DNA of 64,000 bases from Octopus vulgaris (GCA_951406725.2 OX597831.1:63364001-63428000); one strand, 5' to 3'. Numbered from the stretch's first letter, positions 1-14,659 are shown. Numbers and translations: made by a program. The notes: generated by a model from the sequence alone, not told the origin.

Positions 1-429
1 CGCTTGTATATATATATATAAACATACACAGGTACACTGCAATTGATACCTGATTCCATTGAATAAAAGCAAATATAGACCTCTTTGTTAAGGCCGTTAG
101 TGAAACAGTTATTTACCGACACATATCCACATTCACACAAAAGCATACATATGCAGGTGCATACTTCCACAGATAAGCATATTTGCGCTCAGGTATCAAT
201 TTATACATAAGAAACGACCTTGCTAATGTTTAGTATATTCAGTTGAAAGGGTCTTGTTTCACGGCTAGAAACAGGCTCTTTCCTTATTGGTGGGAAATTT
301 AGATTGTAGTAGCTTCAAAACATACACATGTACACTCACACACGAAAACAGACAACCGCATGGAACACTGAGACACAAACACACGCACGTACATACACAC
401 ACCTGCGCCTGCGACTAGAGGTAAGAATG

Positions 430-660
430 GAGGGAAAGAATCAAATTGAAGATACTTTAGGCCAAGCATATCGGTAGGAGACCAAGAGAGATTACGAACG
501 AAATGTTTGGATAATATCCATAGTCTCTAATGGTCAGGCATGAGAATCCAGCGGGGAAAGTCTAATGACAGTTGCTTCTGACACCCCACGGGGGGAGGGC
601 CAGAAGGCTCAACCTGCATAATCCTCTCACGAATAATGGGAGATGATGGAAGGATGAATA
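430..660 (+). mobile_element. Degenerate 3' end of an RTE-clade LINE
   Basis: 473-527 reads approximately GRRPR-RLRTKCLDNIHSL with one frameshift, like the GRRPRGRPRTRWxD C-terminus of RTE ORFs. A (TATG)n tract follows. Confidence 0.45.
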
Positions 661-661
661 C

Positions 662-692
<31 letters not shown>

Positions 693-925
693 TGTATGTA
701 TGTATGTATGTATGTATGTATAACTGCGACTAGGGTGTTCGACAACGCCTACATTGCTAGAAATAAAAGCTAAAACGCTCTAATGTTGTAGGTAGGTAGG
801 TAGGTAGGTAGGTAGCTATGTAGGTATGTAGGTAGGTAGGTAGGTAGGTAGGTAGGTATGTAGGTAGGTAGGTAGGTAGGTAGGTAGGTAGGTAGGTAGG
901 TAGGTAGGTAGGTAGGTAGGTAGGT
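661..925. repeat. (TATG)n and (TAGG)n microsatellites
   Basis: Direct reading. Confidence 0.95.
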
Positions 926-2143
926 AAAAATATAGATAGATAGTGACAAGTATTCAATTTTTCTTAAGTCTGTCCATACATTCAATGTCGACTATGAATT
1001 TGCAATCCTCTGCTGTTATTGGTAAAGGGATCTTGCTCAGAACATCTAACTGTTCAGTAAGCGTGTAAGTAGCTATGTATTTCATAAACAAAATTAATGC
1101 ATTGGCCGAAAAAGTGTCACTGTGTGGTAAATCTCAACCTCTCCGGCGAGTTTCTACAAAGTTTCAGTCGCAAGGCATGGGTCGACTTGAAATTATCGTA
1201 AAAGACACTCGGCTGATCTTATACGTTGTTGGGCTGGTCGTTCGACTTTGTGAATGGGAACAGTCTATCATACACAAACACACGCACAAACACACACACA
1301 CACGCGCATATGCATATATACAACTACGCGCACACACATAGATGTGCTCGTAAAAACAAACATACGTATACACGTTCACACACATCACACACCCACACAA
1401 TGCACACTTGCACACAAACACACAAACACATACACACATACATATAAATTTGTAGGTAATTCTACGCTAAAGTGCCAAATCCAATATTTAGTAAATTATA
1501 GCCCTCAGAGTTAGTGCCTGCGCGCGCACATGTGTGCGTGTTTGTGTGCGTGTGTCTGTGTGTTGTGTGTGAAAATATGTGCCAGTTCATAGTTAAATAA
1601 GCAGTTACATACATTGATATATGTGTATGTGAGTGTGTGTTGTGTGTGTATGTGAATTATATATATGTATGCGTATGTATATGTGCGTATGTATTTATGT
1701 GTACATATAATATAGGATGGTGTGATTGAATATCCGTGTTAGTCCCGGCATTTTCAGTTAAAACCAGTGCTGTTCCAGAAATACCATTCAATAAATAGAG
1801 ATCGATAATTTAACAAATTTTAGAAATATCTGGGATCGATATGATCGACCAAAATCCTTGAAGTGTGTTCACCAGCTTGTTCCCAGTCTAATTGGAGAAA
1901 ACTATTACAATTTATATAATTATCACTGTTGGAGCCAACAGCAAGAAATTTCCGCAAAAGGCTTAACTTTTCAGCTAATATTACAAGAGTAATAGTTTGT
2001 TTCAAACCGAAAACTGAAGACAGCAGCTACAGCATTGAGAAATTCTGCAAGAATGTCCTCGAGGCACCGACTCCCCATAAAGCCAAAGTTTTCCGCCCGA
2101 AACTACATGGTGTAATTCTGAAAGAATCGACAGAAAGAATCTA

Positions 2144-2590
2144 TAGGCGCGGGAATGGCTGTGTGGTGAGTAGCTTGCTTACCAACCACATGGTTCCCGG
2201 GTTCAGTCACACTGCGTGGCACCTTGGGCAAGTGTCTTCTACTATGGCCTCGGGCCGACCAATGCCTTGTGAGTGGATTTGGTAGACGGAAACTGAATGT
2301 ATACATATATGTGTGTGCGTGTGTCCTTGTTTGTCTGTGTTTGTCCCCCCAACATCGCTTGACAACCGATGCTGGTGTGTTTACGTCCCCGTAACTTAGC
2401 GGTTCGGCAAAAGAGACCGATAGAATACGTACTATGCTTACAAAGAATAAGTCCCGGGGTCGATTTGCTCGACTAAAGGCGGTGCTCCAGCATGGCCGCA
2501 GTCAAATGACTGAAACATGTAACTACATGGTGTAATTCATGTAAAAGAGTAAAAGAGTATCATTCATCATTCATCAAAAGAGTAAGAGTA
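2144..2590 (+). mobile_element. SINE family A: tRNA-like head, CORE-like CACCTTGGGCAAGTG, internal (TG)n, AAGAGT tail
   Basis: A-box-like TGGCTGTGTGG and B-box-like GGTTCAGTC. The same sequence recurs at many loci in the window. Confidence 0.85.
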
Positions 2591-2768
2591 ATGTAATATC
2601 TTTTATTGTTGCAATATTTTATAGAATGGAAATGCGAAATATTGTGATGCATTAACCTATAGCCATAAAACGAACAACAGCACAATACTTACTGCAAACA
2701 ATAGCTGAATATTACTTACCCCCAGAAAAAAATATCAAATGTTAAGTGCACCCTATTGAAGTGAACTA

Positions 2769-3198
2769 GGATCTTTTCGGTTTGACCGTCAGTTTTTTAA
2801 AATAATTTCCACGTAACTAAACACTTTTAAACTTCGTATACTGGTAGAATGTGTTTATAAAACATTTTTTTCTCTTGGCTTTATTGAGAAAATTCTATAG
2901 TTTGCAAGATATTTGTTGTTTTTTTCTTCAATTTCTGCAATTTCAACCAATCAATGACGTCTATTGAGTTGAAAACATTCTGTGCCGTATGAATATTCCC
3001 TCGTTTAAGAAACAGATTGGGTTTATTTACATTTGTGAAAAAAAAAGATACCCTTCCCCCACCCCTAACCCTTCCCCCACCCTAACCCTAACCCTAAAAC
3101 AGATTGAAATGCAATAGATCGATACTAGGGTTATAATTATGGGTGACAATTTCATATGACACCGCTAGATAAAACTGTCGTTCAAACCGAAAAGATCC
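2769..3198. mobile_element. MITE family T1 with GGATC...GATCC termini, 8-bp TSD and internal (CCCTAA)n; possibly Merlin-like
   Basis: TIR GGATCTTTTCGGTTTGA...TCAAACCGAAAAGATCC. TSD GTGAACTA at 2761-2768 and 3199-3206. Second copy at 46159-46590. Confidence 0.9.
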
Positions 3199-4006
3199 GT
3201 GAACTAAAATAGGGAGTCAGAAAGGATTATTGGTTCGCCAAAAGATGTAATGATAAAAGTACAGAAACGGCTGTAATAAAATTTATTTCCTCCCTTGTCC
3301 TCCTCCTCCCCTTATCTCTGTCTGTCTCTCTCTCTCCCCTCTCTCTCCATTTCTCTTTCCCCTTCTCTCCTCCTCTCTTTCTCCCAATTTATTTACTCAC
3401 AGTCAACTTTCAACCTGTTACCTCCATTTCTCTATGTCGTCTGTCCTACTTCTTACTTCTCTTTTTCTCCACCTTACCTTTCCCCCACTTCCTTCCTTCC
3501 CTTCGTTTTCATCATCATCAACACCACCACCACCATCATCATCGTCATCATCATCATCATCTCTCCTCTCCCATTTCTTGTCAACATTGTTTACACTAAC
3601 ATTATATTATATTTAAGACTCATTTCCTTGTTATCTGTGGAAACAGCCACCAATGTGCTTGTAATTAAGACCCACAGTGCAACAAGTTTTAGTCTATGTA
3701 GATAAACAACCAGCAACCACCTTCTAGTCACCCACTGCGGTCTTATGCTAATGTTTCTGCGAGTGTGTGTGCGCGTGTGTCCATGTGTGTGTGTTTGTGT
3801 CAATGGTTGCGTCTGTGTTTATACGTATTTCTGGGAATGACTCTGTTAATGCGGATATATGCTCATGTGTGTCTGCGTGCGGTGTAAGTATATATCTACC
3901 TTTAATGTGTGCATAAATGTAGGTCTCTGAGTAAGTATTAATGTGTATGTGAGTTTGTGAGTAGTAATATGTAGCGGGGTATGTATGCATGTTAATGTGT
4001 ATGATT

Positions 4007-4042
<36 letters not shown>

Positions 4043-4264
4043 GGAGAGGGGCTTCGTTGTTTGTGTGTGTGGCGTGAATTTAACCGCAGCGACTAATAAG
4101 ACAGAATCCAACAAACATGAGACAAATCTTTTAATAACACCGAACACATCATAATATGGGAATTATAAAACTGTCTTACCGTAAGTGTATGTTAATATGT
4201 GTGTGGGGGGTGCGTCCGTGTATCGAGAGGGAGATAAGTTGATCGTTAAACATATCAACGTGTA

Positions 4265-4650
<386 letters not shown>

Positions 4651-4769
4651 GATGTGTGCGTGTGTGTGAGCAACATGTACGTGCATATTGAATAGAACTA
4701 GTGAATAAATATTTACACAATTTGTTTCACACGTGTCTGATAATGTTTTTGAGAGGCAAAAATTTTCAT

Positions 4770-4800
<31 letters not shown>

Positions 4801-5310
4801 TTGTCTTCAAATAAAACAGATTCTGGCTTTGGTTATGACTGAATCTAATAATGTTCGCTACTCGAAGTATTGTTAAATAATAAAATAACAACTATAATAA
4901 TAAATTTACAATATATATAAGAACATAACAAGTAAAGTAACAAAAAAAAAATAAAATAAAATAATAAAATAACGTTGATATAAAAATGAACGAAACGAAG
5001 CAACACTGGAATCAATCAATATTCTCCAAGACATCATCGGTAAGACTTGCAGTCATTTCGAAATAACGCCGGGGGCTTATTGCAAACACGATGATACTCT
5101 TATGTTTGGTTGCTTTTTTTTTTGTTTTTTGTTGTTTTTTTTTTGCTTTCCTCCTTGCAAATATTACTTCTGCGTCATTAGATCCTGGCTCCATTTTATC
5201 ATCGTCTTCCAACTTTTCTTCCATCTTCATAAGAATCCGCTTGTATTCTTTCTTCTTCTTATTTCTTTATGTGTGTAATTTATAGATTTTTCACTTATTT
5301 ATTTATTGAT

Positions 5311-5395
<85 letters not shown>

Positions 5396-5421
5396 CATTA
5401 TTATTATTATTATTATTATCA

Positions 5422-5498
<77 letters not shown>

Positions 5499-5593
5499 GT
5501 TCTTATCATTATTGTTCTTATCATTATTATTGTTATCATTATTATTGTTGTTATTATCATTATTATTATTATTATCATTATTGTTATTATTAC

Positions 5594-5641
<48 letters not shown>

Positions 5642-5674
5642 CATCATCATCATCATCATCATCACCATCATTAC

Positions 5675-5747
<73 letters not shown>

Positions 5748-5781
5748 TTCATCATTATTATTATCATCATCATCATCATCA

Positions 5782-5860
<79 letters not shown>
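5311..5860. repeat. Long compound (TAT)n/(CAT)n trinucleotide tract
   Basis: Direct reading. It accounts for the poly-L/N/Y/I ORFs. Confidence 0.97.
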
Positions 5861-5861
<1 letters not shown>

Positions 5862-6900
5862 TTCTGTTAACACAAACTGATTTCTCTCTTTTTTATTTGG
5901 TGAAGGAGAGGGGAGTTCCAATTAGCAGTTGTGCGAGGGTGTCAATATAATACACGTATATGTATATGGGTGTGTGTTTATGTTTGTATATACGTATATA
6001 TATATATATATACGTGTGCTTCTGTGTACGCTTACGTGTAAAGCCAATCTATGAAGGTATGTATCTATGTATGTATGTATGTAAACTTTAATTTGTATAC
6101 ACACACACATATATATATATGTGTGTGTGTTTGTGTGTGTATGAGAGAGAGAGAGCGAGTGTAATGCACTCAGTTCCACTCCAAATTGTCCTCATGTATA
6201 AACACACATGTGCACACACATACATTGAATGCCACATGTGTTCATGTATGTGTGCATTTATGAACGAAGGAAAGGATAGCACGTATTTGCACGTGTTATC
6301 CCTTCTCGTCTCTTTCACCTTCGCTTCACCTCGCCCTCTTTCTCTCTTTCATACATACACACATATACACATACATATACACACACGGAGCACGCTCGTA
6401 CAAAGAAACATGTATCTACATGCATGCGTTCACAATACATAATTACTAATACATAAAAAAAATAACAGGTGAAAACGCACATGCATATACATGCACACGT
6501 GTACATATGCATCCACAATTGCACAGTTGCATACGCACAAGTTCAAACACACAGTCAATCATACGCACTTACAGGGAAATGCTCATTTACATATGTCTCT
6601 AAACAAACTCATATGTACACACATTTTCCGTACATCTATACGCAGAAATTAAGGGAGCGAAATGATTGAGTCGCTAGGGCAATCATATTTACTCTCTGTG
6701 CTTTGAGTTCAAATACCATTAACGACAGCTTTGATTTTTATCTTCACGCTTATTGACAAGTAAAATACCGGTCCCATACTAGATTCGACACATCTCTTCC
6801 GCCTTATTTCTTTATGCTTGCTCGTATGTTTCTCTCTTTTTCTATCTCTTTCCCTCTCGCTCTTTCTTCCTCCCTCTTTCTGGAAGAGAGCAGCTACCTT

Positions 6901-7125
6901 GGTGATCCTTCGGTATAGGTACCGTAAGTACCGGAAGTGACTTTGTTTACATTTCTGAAGATAACGGAAACCCTTTCCTCCCACCCCTAACCCTAACCCT
7001 AACACAAACCCTAACTTTAGCCCTAACCCTAACTCTAATCCTAACCCTAACCCCCCATATATATATAAAAAAACACTTTCTTGGAATGTATCCGGTACTT
7101 CCGGTACCTATACCGAAGTTACGCC
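6901..7125. mobile_element. MITE family T2 with GG...CC termini, degenerate 8-bp TSD and internal (CCCTAA)n
   Basis: The inverted repeat core CTTCGGTATAGGTACCG(T/G)AAGTACCGGA sits at both ends. Flanks GCTACCTT (6893-6900) and GCTGTCTT (7126-7133) match 6/8. Confidence 0.8.
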
Positions 7126-7309
7126 GCTGTCTTCTGACCTGGAATGGAACGGACTTCACCAAGTGTGCAAATACCAAAGACATGCTGTATGTAACCATTA
7201 ACCTTCCCTTGACTACATCAGGACCAGGTGGTCCAAATCAAGACTCAAAATAGGTATGTATATGCACTAGCGCGGGCTGAAAAGACCGAAGGCAGACTAT
7301 GAAGGAACG

Positions 7310-8640
7310 AGACTATTTGATGGTGACGTTGTTAGATTGACTCGACCCATTACTGTTATTTAGGAGACGTGTATTCCACATGGAATTGAGTAGCCAATTA
7401 TATGGGACACTATCAAATGCTTTCCTGTAGTCCATCCTTGCCATTCTCAGGTTCTTTTTGCTCCGGCAATTCTCTGCAATCATTTTCTTTATGAGTAACT
7501 GATCTTTGCATCCATAACAATTCCTTTTACAACCCTTTTGAGCTTGTGGAAGGATAGAGTTCTGTTTCAAGAAAGTGTATATTCTTTCAGTTAATATGGT
7601 GTGAGGATCTTGTAGGTGGTGTTGAGACATGTAATTGGTCAGTAGTTCTTTGGATTTTTCGTAACTTCGGTTTTTGGTAGAAGTTATGTTGTTCCTTCGG
7701 GCAAGTATTTGCTGTGGGTTCTGGGTGACATCATTTAGGGATTCAGCAACATTTCGGTGTACTTCTGCCAAACAATTCATCCAGAAGTTAGGGATCTGGT
7801 CTAGTCCTGGGGTTCTTCATTTGTGAAACATTCTGAGAACACATCTTAGCTCTTCTACTCCTATTGCCTACTATTTCTGCTTTTCAACTTCATCCAGGCT
7901 CACTTTCTCACTTTCTATCCAGTGAGCTCCAGCATTATATTCTCTTTTGTTTCTCCATATCATCTTCCAGAACTCTTTCATTTCCTAAGTCTTAGGCGGC
8001 TCCTTTACTTCTATCTTGCTTTTGACAATTTCCCTGTAAAACGTTTTTGCATCCGTTTTGAATAACTTATTTTGTCGATAAAATTTGCTTCTTTTGTCAT
8101 ACCTTCTGAGCCGTTGGCCTTTCAGTTGCATTCGTTATTTCACTATTTCTTTGGTTTCAGGGAGGTTTATAAAATCTTTGGTTTTATAACGTCATATGTA
8201 AACATAAGTTTGTTTTTGAAGCGCTGAAATGTATAGTAGTACGAGTAGAAAGATATATTTTTTCAACGCGTAAGTACGGATAGAACAGCATAGATAGGAT
8301 AAAACCCTTACAGAGCCCAAAAATCTGTCAGCCACCAGCAATGAGATTTTAATTTTATGTTTTGGCTTCATTTTTCTAGCTTGTTTCCTGTTAACATTTT
8401 CTCCTCTAGCAAGTTCATTGAGATCTGATACATCCACAAAAATTCGATCTTTTTTTGTATTGCTACTTTCCACTTAGGAGATCTATTGACACAGTTGGTC
8501 ATTTTCTATGGCATCCTGATATCTAATTGAGCAGTTACAACTTTATCAGTGAAATAGATAAGGTTATTCAAGGTTGTTAGGTCTACATATCTGCATACTT
8601 CGTTGCCTACTAAGTTTCTCCATGACGTGTATGTTTGTAC
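7310..8640 (-). mobile_element. Degenerate R4/Dong-like RLE LINE, RT region
   Basis: ORF 7313-7780 has QKGCKRNCYGCKDQLLI...MARMDYRKAFDSVPYNW, RT motifs typical of R4-type elements. Upstream frames are disrupted. Confidence 0.75.
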
Positions 8641-9224
8641 AAAGCCCTACTTCAAGAACTCAACAAAAACATATAATGAAACCACAACTGCAACACAATT
8701 CACAACCATTCCAGCAAAAATAACAAGAAAAAGAACAACAAATTCAAAAACAGCAACATCATCAACAAGAACATGAAATCACAGAAACACAGAAACAACC
8801 AATTACTGAACATCAAAAGCAAGAATATTCATCAGACTGTAGACGGAATGTATCCATCAATTTCACTGTTGTGAATAAGTGCAACAGTAAATTGGTGGAT
8901 TTTGTAAGTCAAACAAAAACAAAAGAGAGAGGGATTTCATCCTCAAAATCTCCAAGGGCAGAATTGAAACGTCTTCAGACATTTATAAAACTATAAAAGA
9001 AGACTTCTCATGTAGTGTGAGGATTTTTTAAAAATCAGTTGATAAAAAACTGTTGGGAGGATCTTTCTAAAACATTACACCATTAGAAATAAACAAACAT
9101 GCACAGCGAGATAATTTAGTGCCAAAGTACATATTACGAATGCATTTTATTTAGTTATTATTATTATTTACTTCATATTCCGGCCATATGCTCATATGAA
9201 CATAAAGGCAGATAAAATATATAT

Positions 9225-9430
9225 TTCTTTATTGCCGACAAGGGTCTAAACACAGAGGGGACAAACAAGGACAGACAAAGAGATTAAGTCGATTGCATCG
9301 ACCCCAGTGCGTAACTGGTGCTTAATTTATCGACCCCGAAAGGAATTTGAACTCGGAACGTAACGACAGACGAAATACGGCTACGCATTTCGCCCGGCAT
9401 ACTAACGTTTCTGCCCGCTCGCCGCCTTAT
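9225..9430 (-). mobile_element. SINE family B copy
   Basis: Reverse complement of the GGCGGCGAGC...GAGTTCAAATTCC...CCTTTCGGGGTCGATAAATTAAGTACCAG family, with an internal deletion. Confidence 0.85.
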
Positions 9431-10025
9431 TCCGGTGATACATCAGAACAGAAGTTATGCCATTACAGGTGTCATTGGATAAATTCTTTACTCAGCCGTC
9501 CTATTTTGCCTTTGAATCTAGTGTGGAAGCAAATCGTTTACCATATTCTGAATTGCAGGGTATGCATTCTACTCAGCAGTTGTCTTTGTACTGTTTCTCT
9601 TTTTGTGTGTTTGCCTGATTGTCTAGATGAATATATTAATATATTTTTATGTTTACGTGTGTATCAGAGTCCACTTTAAAGTTATTAGTAATTAAGTGGG
9701 AAATATCATTTGGAAGACAAGGGAAATGAACGTGAAAATCAAATGTCATCTGACAAATATTGATTTTTAAGTAGCTGGATGCGCATGTGTGGACATGAGC
9801 ACTTTCGTTCAGTGTGTTTGTTTAGCATATTAATTTCATGTGGAGATTGATAATGTTTCCAGGATACAAAGAAGAGGGAAAGTATTAGAATGGGTATGAG
9901 TTGGGGACTTGTCTAAGAATCACTATTTAATCATATGTGCTTTATTGCTACAATCAAAAATTATCTAGGGAATTTTCTATCCATTTTTGTTTTGTATTCC
10001 TCAAAGTATATGATAATATTAATGA

Positions 10026-10205
10026 ATATTGTTGTATTTAGGAATGGTCATTTTGCCAGTTTAGCCAATAAAAACACATGCACTATATATTTGGTATTAC
10101 TTTGTTTCAGCGTTATTTATTTTTTACATTAATCTTAATCTTATTTCGGCCAGAGTTCTTTCGTCACACTCCTGGCAAAATGAGCGTTCCTAAATACAAC
10201 AATAT
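10026..10205. repeat. Inverted repeat with 34-bp arms
   Basis: 10026-10059 pairs with 10172-10205 with about 2 mismatches. Confidence 0.8.
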
Positions 10206-10398
10206 CTGTTTCAACACACGATTTCACATCGAAAATCTTGCAAAACAAATATTTAAACGTAAAAAATATTAATGAAGTTTGCTCTCAAATAGGTTGACAG
10301 TTACACAATCAATCAATGCCAGTTTCCTAAATATGAACGAGAGTCTGTATAGATGTGTGCGTGTGTTTGTGCGTGAGAGAAAGTGTGCGGTTGCGTGC

Positions 10399-10470
<72 letters not shown>

Positions 10471-10993
10471 TCGCGTTCACGAGTGTGAGAAGTCTGATAC
10501 ATGCATGATGCATGCAAGAGTGTTTAAGATGTCTGAGTTGTTACCATGATATTCCAGTTTTGAATGCACAGAGTAGAACCGTGGCTAGGTGCCTTTTACA
10601 ACAGAATAGAACCAACCCAAGCACTGTGAGTAAAACTTTGTAGAGGAAAACCGTGTGGAAAGCCGTTTAATCGATTGTACAGCGTGTTTAAGATATATAT
10701 ATATAGTTTTCAAATAATGAAGCTTTGTTAAATGCACACATATGCAAATTGGGCTAACCATTATAATAAATATTGTTTAAGAGACAAATATTCTGTGCTA
10801 TCGACAGGGGAAGGAAATTCAGTAGGTTTCAGTATGAGAAGCGACCAATAAATTGTGGAACGACTTGTCAGAACTGTAACATCTTTTCCCGTTCATTGAA
10901 ACCATGAACGCATTTACATTCTTACCATTTCATCTCCTGTTAGGCTCTAATATCTCTGACCTTCTCATTCAAGCTATGCTCTGCTACACACAA

Positions 10994-11040
<47 letters not shown>

Positions 11041-11060
11041 TGTCTTATATATATAAATAT

Positions 11061-11189
11061 AGCAGAAATTCAACAAAACCTGTTACTCGGAGTTTCACGT
11101 TCCCGTTCGTCGGACAGTTTGTTTCGTTAAAACTGTCCGACGAACGGGAACGTGAAACTCCGAGTAACAGGTTTTGTTGAATTTCTGCT
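11061..11189. repeat. Perfect 60-bp inverted repeat with 9-nt spacer
   Basis: 11061-11120 is the reverse complement of 11130-11189. Confidence 0.95.
11133..11170 (+). ncRNA. Minimal type I hammerhead motif with CCGA core variant; mirrored on - at 11080-11117
   Basis: ctgt CCGACGA acg ggaa cgt GAAAC tccga GTA acag: stem I 4 bp, stem II 3 bp with a GGAA loop, stem III and a GUA triplet. Confidence 0.65.
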
Positions 11190-11582
11190 GCTTTTAAATA
11201 AAGCATATTACTCTACCTCTGGTATTTGAGTACTCGTTTTTCCACCTTTATGTGTTTACTCCGGTATAGCTTGAATCAGAAAGGGACACACACACATATA
11301 TATATATTATATGCTTATGCATGTGTATATGTATGTACGTGGGTTTATGTCCATATGATGCGCGTCTATGTGTATGTAAGGGTCAGTATGTTTGTGCGTG
11401 TTTGTGTAGGCATTTAAGCAACTCGCGTGTTTACATGATTATTATACAATTAAAACTGATGGTAAAATCTGAATAAAGACCAATCGCGGCAGAAAAGAAC
11501 TAGAAATGGTACCGTATTTATATGTGTGTGTGTGTATGCATATATATGTGTGTGTTTGTGTGTGTGTGTATATATATATATT

Positions 11583-11960
11583 TTTTACTTGTTTCAGTCA
11601 TTTGACTGTGGCCATGCTGGAACACCACCTTTAGTCGGGCAAATCGACCCCAGGACTTATTTTTGTAAGCCTAGTACTTATTCTGTCGGTCTCTTTTGCC
11701 GAAACGCTAGGTTACGTGGGCGTAAACACACCAGCATCGGTTGTCAAGCGATGTTGGGAGGACAAACACAGACACACAAACACATACATACACATACATA
11801 AATATACATATATACGACGGGCTTCTTTCAGTTTCCGTCTACCAAATCCACTCACAAGGCTTTGGTCAGCCCGAGGCTATAGTAAAAGACACTTGCCCAA
11901 AGTGCCACGTAGTGGGACTGAACCCTGAACCATGTGGTGGGTAAGCAAGCTACTTACCAC
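11583..11960 (-). mobile_element. SINE family A copy
   Basis: Reverse complement of 2144-2560. Confidence 0.88.
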
Positions 11961-12083
11961 ATGTATATATCATTAATTAATAAAGTTCAGGGTAGCAAAA
12001 AAAAATTTAGAAAGATTCTTTGCTACCAGTGGTCTAGCGAGAAGAAAAAAACTAGTCAATAGTCTATATGTTAATCATAGAAA

Positions 12084-12284
12084 AAATACAGTGTACATTT
12101 AAACACATCAGAGATGGCCATAATAGGACGTCTGACTCGCATGGTACAGGAAATAAAGGGTAAATGTTTTTATTTTTCATTCCCTTTCGAAATTACTCCT
12201 AATAGTGGTTTAGAATTTAACTACTCTTTCTAGCGAGTCAGATGTCCTCTTATGGCCATATCTTATGTATTTAAATGTACACTG

Positions 12285-12289
<5 letters not shown>
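12084..12289. repeat. Diverged fold-back (57-bp arms) adjoining (TA)n
   Basis: 12084-12140 pairs with 12233-12289 with several mismatches. Confidence 0.8.
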
Positions 12290-12348
<59 letters not shown>

Positions 12349-12349
<1 letters not shown>

Positions 12350-12817
12350 TTCTTTACTACCCACAAGGTGCTAAACATAGAGGGGACAAACAAGGATAGA
12401 CAAAGGGATTAAGTCGATTACACCAGTGCGTAACTGGTACTTAATTTATTGACCCCGAAAGGATGAAAGGCAAAGTCGACTCCGGCGAAATTTGAACTCA
12501 GAACACGTAACGGCAGACGAAATACGGCTACGCATTTCGCCCGGCAGCCTAACGATTCTGCCAGCACGCCGCCTTAAAGGGGCTATATATATATATATAT
12601 ATACAAAGGGGCTAAACATAGAGGGTACAAACAAGGACAGACAAAGGGAGTAAGTCAATTACATTGACCCCAGTGCGAAACTGGTACTTTATCGACCCCG
12701 AAAGGATAAAAGGTAAAGTCGGCCTCGGCGGAATTTGAACTCAGAACATAACGGCAGACGAAATACGGCTACGCATTTCGCCCGGCGCGCTAACGTTTCT
12801 GCCAGCTCGCCGCCTTA
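12349..12817 (-). mobile_element. Two adjacent SINE family B copies
   Basis: About 12349-12575 and 12606-12817, separated by (TA)n. Confidence 0.88.
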
Positions 12818-13509
12818 TATATATATATGTAGTATGTATGTATGTATGTGAAAGTAAAGGGAAACTTATAGATGGAAGAGTAAAACAAGCAGCCAGCATC
12901 TACGAACGTCACCGTCCCCATTCAGCCGCCAACCCTCGCAATCAACCACCAACGTCACCATTACCTCCCACCAACAACATTACCAACACGTGATGTAAAA
13001 CACACCACTACTTCGCTTAGGGTTAAAACGTCGAAGAAACGTCGAAAAGAATAAAACACGAAAAATAATGACGAATAAAAATTGAGCGTTAAGTAAATAA
13101 AGGTCGGGGCATTCCTCATTAAAGTTAAAGAAACTCTGTGACTCATTCCATTAGATACCGAAATAGAAAGCAGAAGAAATAAACAGCATCACAACAATAA
13201 CATCAACAGCTGCAACAAAACCAACAAACATAACAGCGGCGACGGTAGTACCACCACCACCAACAACAACAACAGCAACAACAACAACAACGCTGACATT
13301 TAGAAAACTATCAAAATGAACTCTTCCAGATGTGTCATATCGTATATTTATTGTATGATTGAAGCTTGGGTGTTTGAGGTATAGTTTAACATGTGTCCGT
13401 AATGTATGTTTATAGGAATGGCGGACGTGAGGCGGGTGCAGACGTCTGACTATGTGTGTATCGTGGTGGGGTGTACGCACACACAATAACACACTTATTT
13501 TTATGTGGT

Positions 13510-13514
13510 TATAC

Positions 13515-13568
<54 letters not shown>

Positions 13569-13571
13569 CTA

Positions 13572-13643
<72 letters not shown>

Positions 13644-13833
13644 GCATATATAAATACATATATGCATGTATATATATATGTATGTATATGTATAAACATA
13701 TACATATTTATATATATATATATATATATGCATATATAAATACATATATGCATGTATATATATATATGTATATGTATAAACATATATATATTTATTTATA
13801 TGTGAGTATGTATCTTTCTATATACATACATAC

Positions 13834-13864
<31 letters not shown>

Positions 13865-14157
13865 TGTATGTATGTATGTATGTATGTATGTATGAGTGTA
13901 TGTATGTATGCATGTATTTACAATTGTATTCGAGAGTGGATGGCAAAGGCCTATACACTTGAACAAATGTATGCATTAAAGTGTGAACGCGTGTATACAT
14001 ATATATGCGATAGAGGTCGCAGTGGTGTATGTGCGTGAAATATATATACATATGTATATATAGATTTATATATGTATATATATGTACATATGTATATATA
14101 TATATATATACACATGTAAATATATATACATATGTATATATATATATACATATGTAT

Positions 14158-14196
<39 letters not shown>

Positions 14197-14397
14197 CATA
14201 CATACATACATACATACATACATACATACATACATACATACATACATGCATACATACATACATACCATGTAAATACAGGCATTTGCATATACGAGACTCT
14301 TTCAATATTCATATCGATGGACAAATAGAACCACAAACATTCCTTAACACATATTATTTAAACACACAAAAAGATAACCGAACTCACAATCACAATA

Positions 14398-14491
<94 letters not shown>

Positions 14492-14659
14492 AATACATCA
14501 TCTATATATGATACATATGTATATATATGTATGTATATATGGAAATATATATGTAAACATACATTTATATGTATATATATATATGTACATACACACACAT
14601 ATATGTATATATACATATATACATAAACATATATATACATATATATCATGTGTATATAT

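Noticed and set aside
5012-5230. Charged 72-aa ORF (MKMEEKLEDDD...) as a possible host exon
   Set aside because: No recognisable domain, the lysine run comes from an A-rich tract, and there is no splice evidence.
5269-5950. ORFs of 160-214 aa made of poly-L/N/Y/I
   Set aside because: These are translations of a trinucleotide microsatellite. The same applies to the YI, HT, VC and MYVC ORFs throughout the window.
6985-7052. Chromosome end or telomere fusion site
   Set aside because: The tract is short, degenerate and enclosed by TIRs.
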